DNA from: Oculina patagonica
Taxonomy: Eukaryota
Direction of reading: 5' to 3'
Assembly (NCBI RefSeq): GCF_052425735.1
Contig: NC_135763.1
Span: 5,208,001-5,272,000 of the forward strand
Length of the DNA stretch: 64,000 bases
Shown here piece after piece: positions 62,001 to 64,000 of the stretch. The notes under the pieces were generated by a model. That model saw only the letters and a list, made by a program, of their open reading frames with translations. It was not told the DNA's origin and ran no database searches. Position numbers and translations under genes: made by a program. How positions within the stretch are numbered: position 1 is the stretch's first letter; every line of letters starts with the position of its first letter.

Positions 62001-62385
62001 TTAAAGGGGCAGATCACGGTATTTTAGGTATTCTATTATTTTCTTTTTAATTAAGAGCTCGTTAACTTCAAATTGGCATAGCAAAAGTCATTTATTGGCA
62101 AAATCCTACCACATATATAACAAGCAAGGATGATTCTCGAACATTGCAAATGACACTTTCATACAGATTGAAATAAACTTGAAAAACGTCGGGCCGACGT
62201 TTTTCAAGTTTCCCGAACGCAATCCGTTTTAATCTTCTCGAATTTTGCCCATCCGTGCCCCTTTTTGGCCTTTCTATGTTTCCTTTGAGTTACCAGGTAT
62301 TCTACAGTTTTAAGCTGTTATTGTAATATTACAGTAAATCTATGACCAGTGATATTGTTTAAAATTGCGTGACATAGCCCCTTAA
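62001..62385. mobile_element. TTAA-flanked MITE (Kolobok/piggyBac-like) with central palindrome
   Basis: TTAAAGGGGCAGATCACG ... CGTGACATAGCCCCTTAA; perfect palindrome with 18-bp arms at 62175-62211. Confidence 0.6.
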
Positions 62386-64000
62386 AGTTGTAGTTCGTAA
62401 TCCCGTCTTAATCTTCCCTAGCTTCAACCATTCTTGTTTCTGTTTGGTTAGTTACTACCTGTTTGGTGTTTTTCTACCTTATCAAACAATCGTTCTGAAG
62501 TTTCTATTGATTCGAAAGTCATGTTCTGTTCACCACAAAATATAGCTCGCTCCAATAACCGACAATAACGAGCACGTTATATGTAAAAATGTATCAGGTT
62601 TTTTGTACGATTACCACTGACCTTTGCCTTTTTTTGCGTCGCCTTGGCTTAAAGTAATACCATTTTGGTTGGAATAAAAAGACAACACGTGATGATCCGT
62701 GATGGCGGTGAAAAATCGAGAGCTCAATTGTTGTCCTATCGCTTCGAGTTTCCGCGCGACTTTTTCCCTATTCGTGTGCGCGCGTGTTTCGCTTTTCGCT
62801 TCACGAGTCATGACGTTAGAGAATTATCACATGGAGTTGCAAGGCCGTCTTGGTCTGCAGACCCCTTGTAGTAAATATACTATTGGAGGATTTATTTATT
62901 TGCCGCGTTACAGACATGTTTGTTGAGTAAATTTGAATATTTTGTTGCGTTATCTTTATGGACTGTTTCCCGCTTTTTCTTTGGCTCACTTCTCCCCCCC
63001 CCCCCCCCTCCAGGGGCAAGCAGGATCTAGAACATTGGCTATAGGGCCGTGAAAGTTTCACTTCCTTTTATCTTTTTAATCAAAACACTGCTGAGAAAAA
63101 TGTAATAATAAAAAATGTAATATCCATAAATAATCTTTCGCTCCATCGGCGATTAATAGCGATATAAACTCAGCAGTGATTAGTCTCAGTGACTAAACTA
63201 TTCAGGGCTTTTCAAAGCGCACCCGCTTTATCAGCTATTTTGTGTGATGGACTTCCCACTAGAAATTGAACACACAATATCGAAGGATCAGTAGAGGAAT
63301 CAGTAAGCGGCTTTCCTGACCCTGTTGGTTGAATGACGTACATTTCTTCAGGTCTTTCACCAATGACTGCGCTAACTCTATTTATCTTTTTAGGCGATTA
63401 CTCTAACCAAGGTCGTTCAGTGTAAACATTTCTTATTAAATACGGATTTTCGAGTGACCAGATTAGAGAGACGCACCAGACAATGCCTTAACCCTTAATA
63501 TGCTGAAATTATTCCTAAAAACGCGTTTTTTAACCGTTAATCGATTTTCTTGGCTCGACGGCCAAAAGTTCTTAATTTTGCTAAAAATGCACTTTCTGAC
63601 AATGCAGGAAGATTTTGATGAAATTGCCATGTAAAAATGTACAATATTTTACTTTTTTTGCGGAACCGTTCCGATTTTTTCCTTGCTCCTTTCCTTTTCG
63701 TTTTTCTCTGCTTTCTTATTCTCTCTATCTTTTACTCTGTGCACCCCTTCTACTGGACATCTATTTGGCTGTAGAGGGTAGATGTGTCTGAAGTAAACCG
63801 CGGACGATAAGACATTCGAAAAGGCCTTCAAATTAGTTTATGACTAATGCACCAGCTTTAAATGTAAAATCATTTGGCCATCTATGAAACAACAAGTTAC
63901 CTTGCAAGCAAAAATGTACAATCCGCCGACTATTGTTTTTTGCTTTTCGGCCTCTTACGTTTAAAGGGGGAACTTAACGTAAATTGGAGTGAAATTTATA

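Noticed and set aside
62611-62811. 66-aa ORF with a short similarity to ~36340-36380
   Set aside because: Opposite orientation in the two regions; more consistent with a dispersed repeat fragment

Overview
Eukaryotic (animal) genomic DNA with GT-AG spliceosomal introns. The repeat families resemble those of stony corals/cnidarians, which is an inference. The window holds a head-to-tail array of three paralogous minus-strand genes: copy A 42443-58567, copy B 19094-34358, and copy C 1-8502, which runs off the left edge. The two complete copies each encode a ~3,560-aa protein with an unusual architecture: a full ~12-TM Patched/NPC1-like RND (sterol-sensing) domain fused in frame, within one ~5.7-kb exon, to a single-module type I polyketide synthase (KS-AT-DH-psiKR-ER0-KR-ACP-TE), followed by a PH-like C-terminal domain. 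Copy C matches this architecture as far as it is visible (up to the ER). KS, AT and DH motifs are intact in all three copies; KR, ACP and TE motifs are intact in A and B. The ER NADPH motif and the RND acidic motifs are degenerate in all copies. Twelve exons were reconstructed by hand for A and B, with identical phases and almost identical lengths. Intergenic DNA holds a ~3-3.5-kb triplicated block that includes the gene's 3' flank, many MITEs (two hAT elements with perfect 8-bp TSDs), truncated LINEs, a tRNA-Thr-derived insertion, minimal hammerhead ribozyme motifs and paralog-conserved E-boxes.
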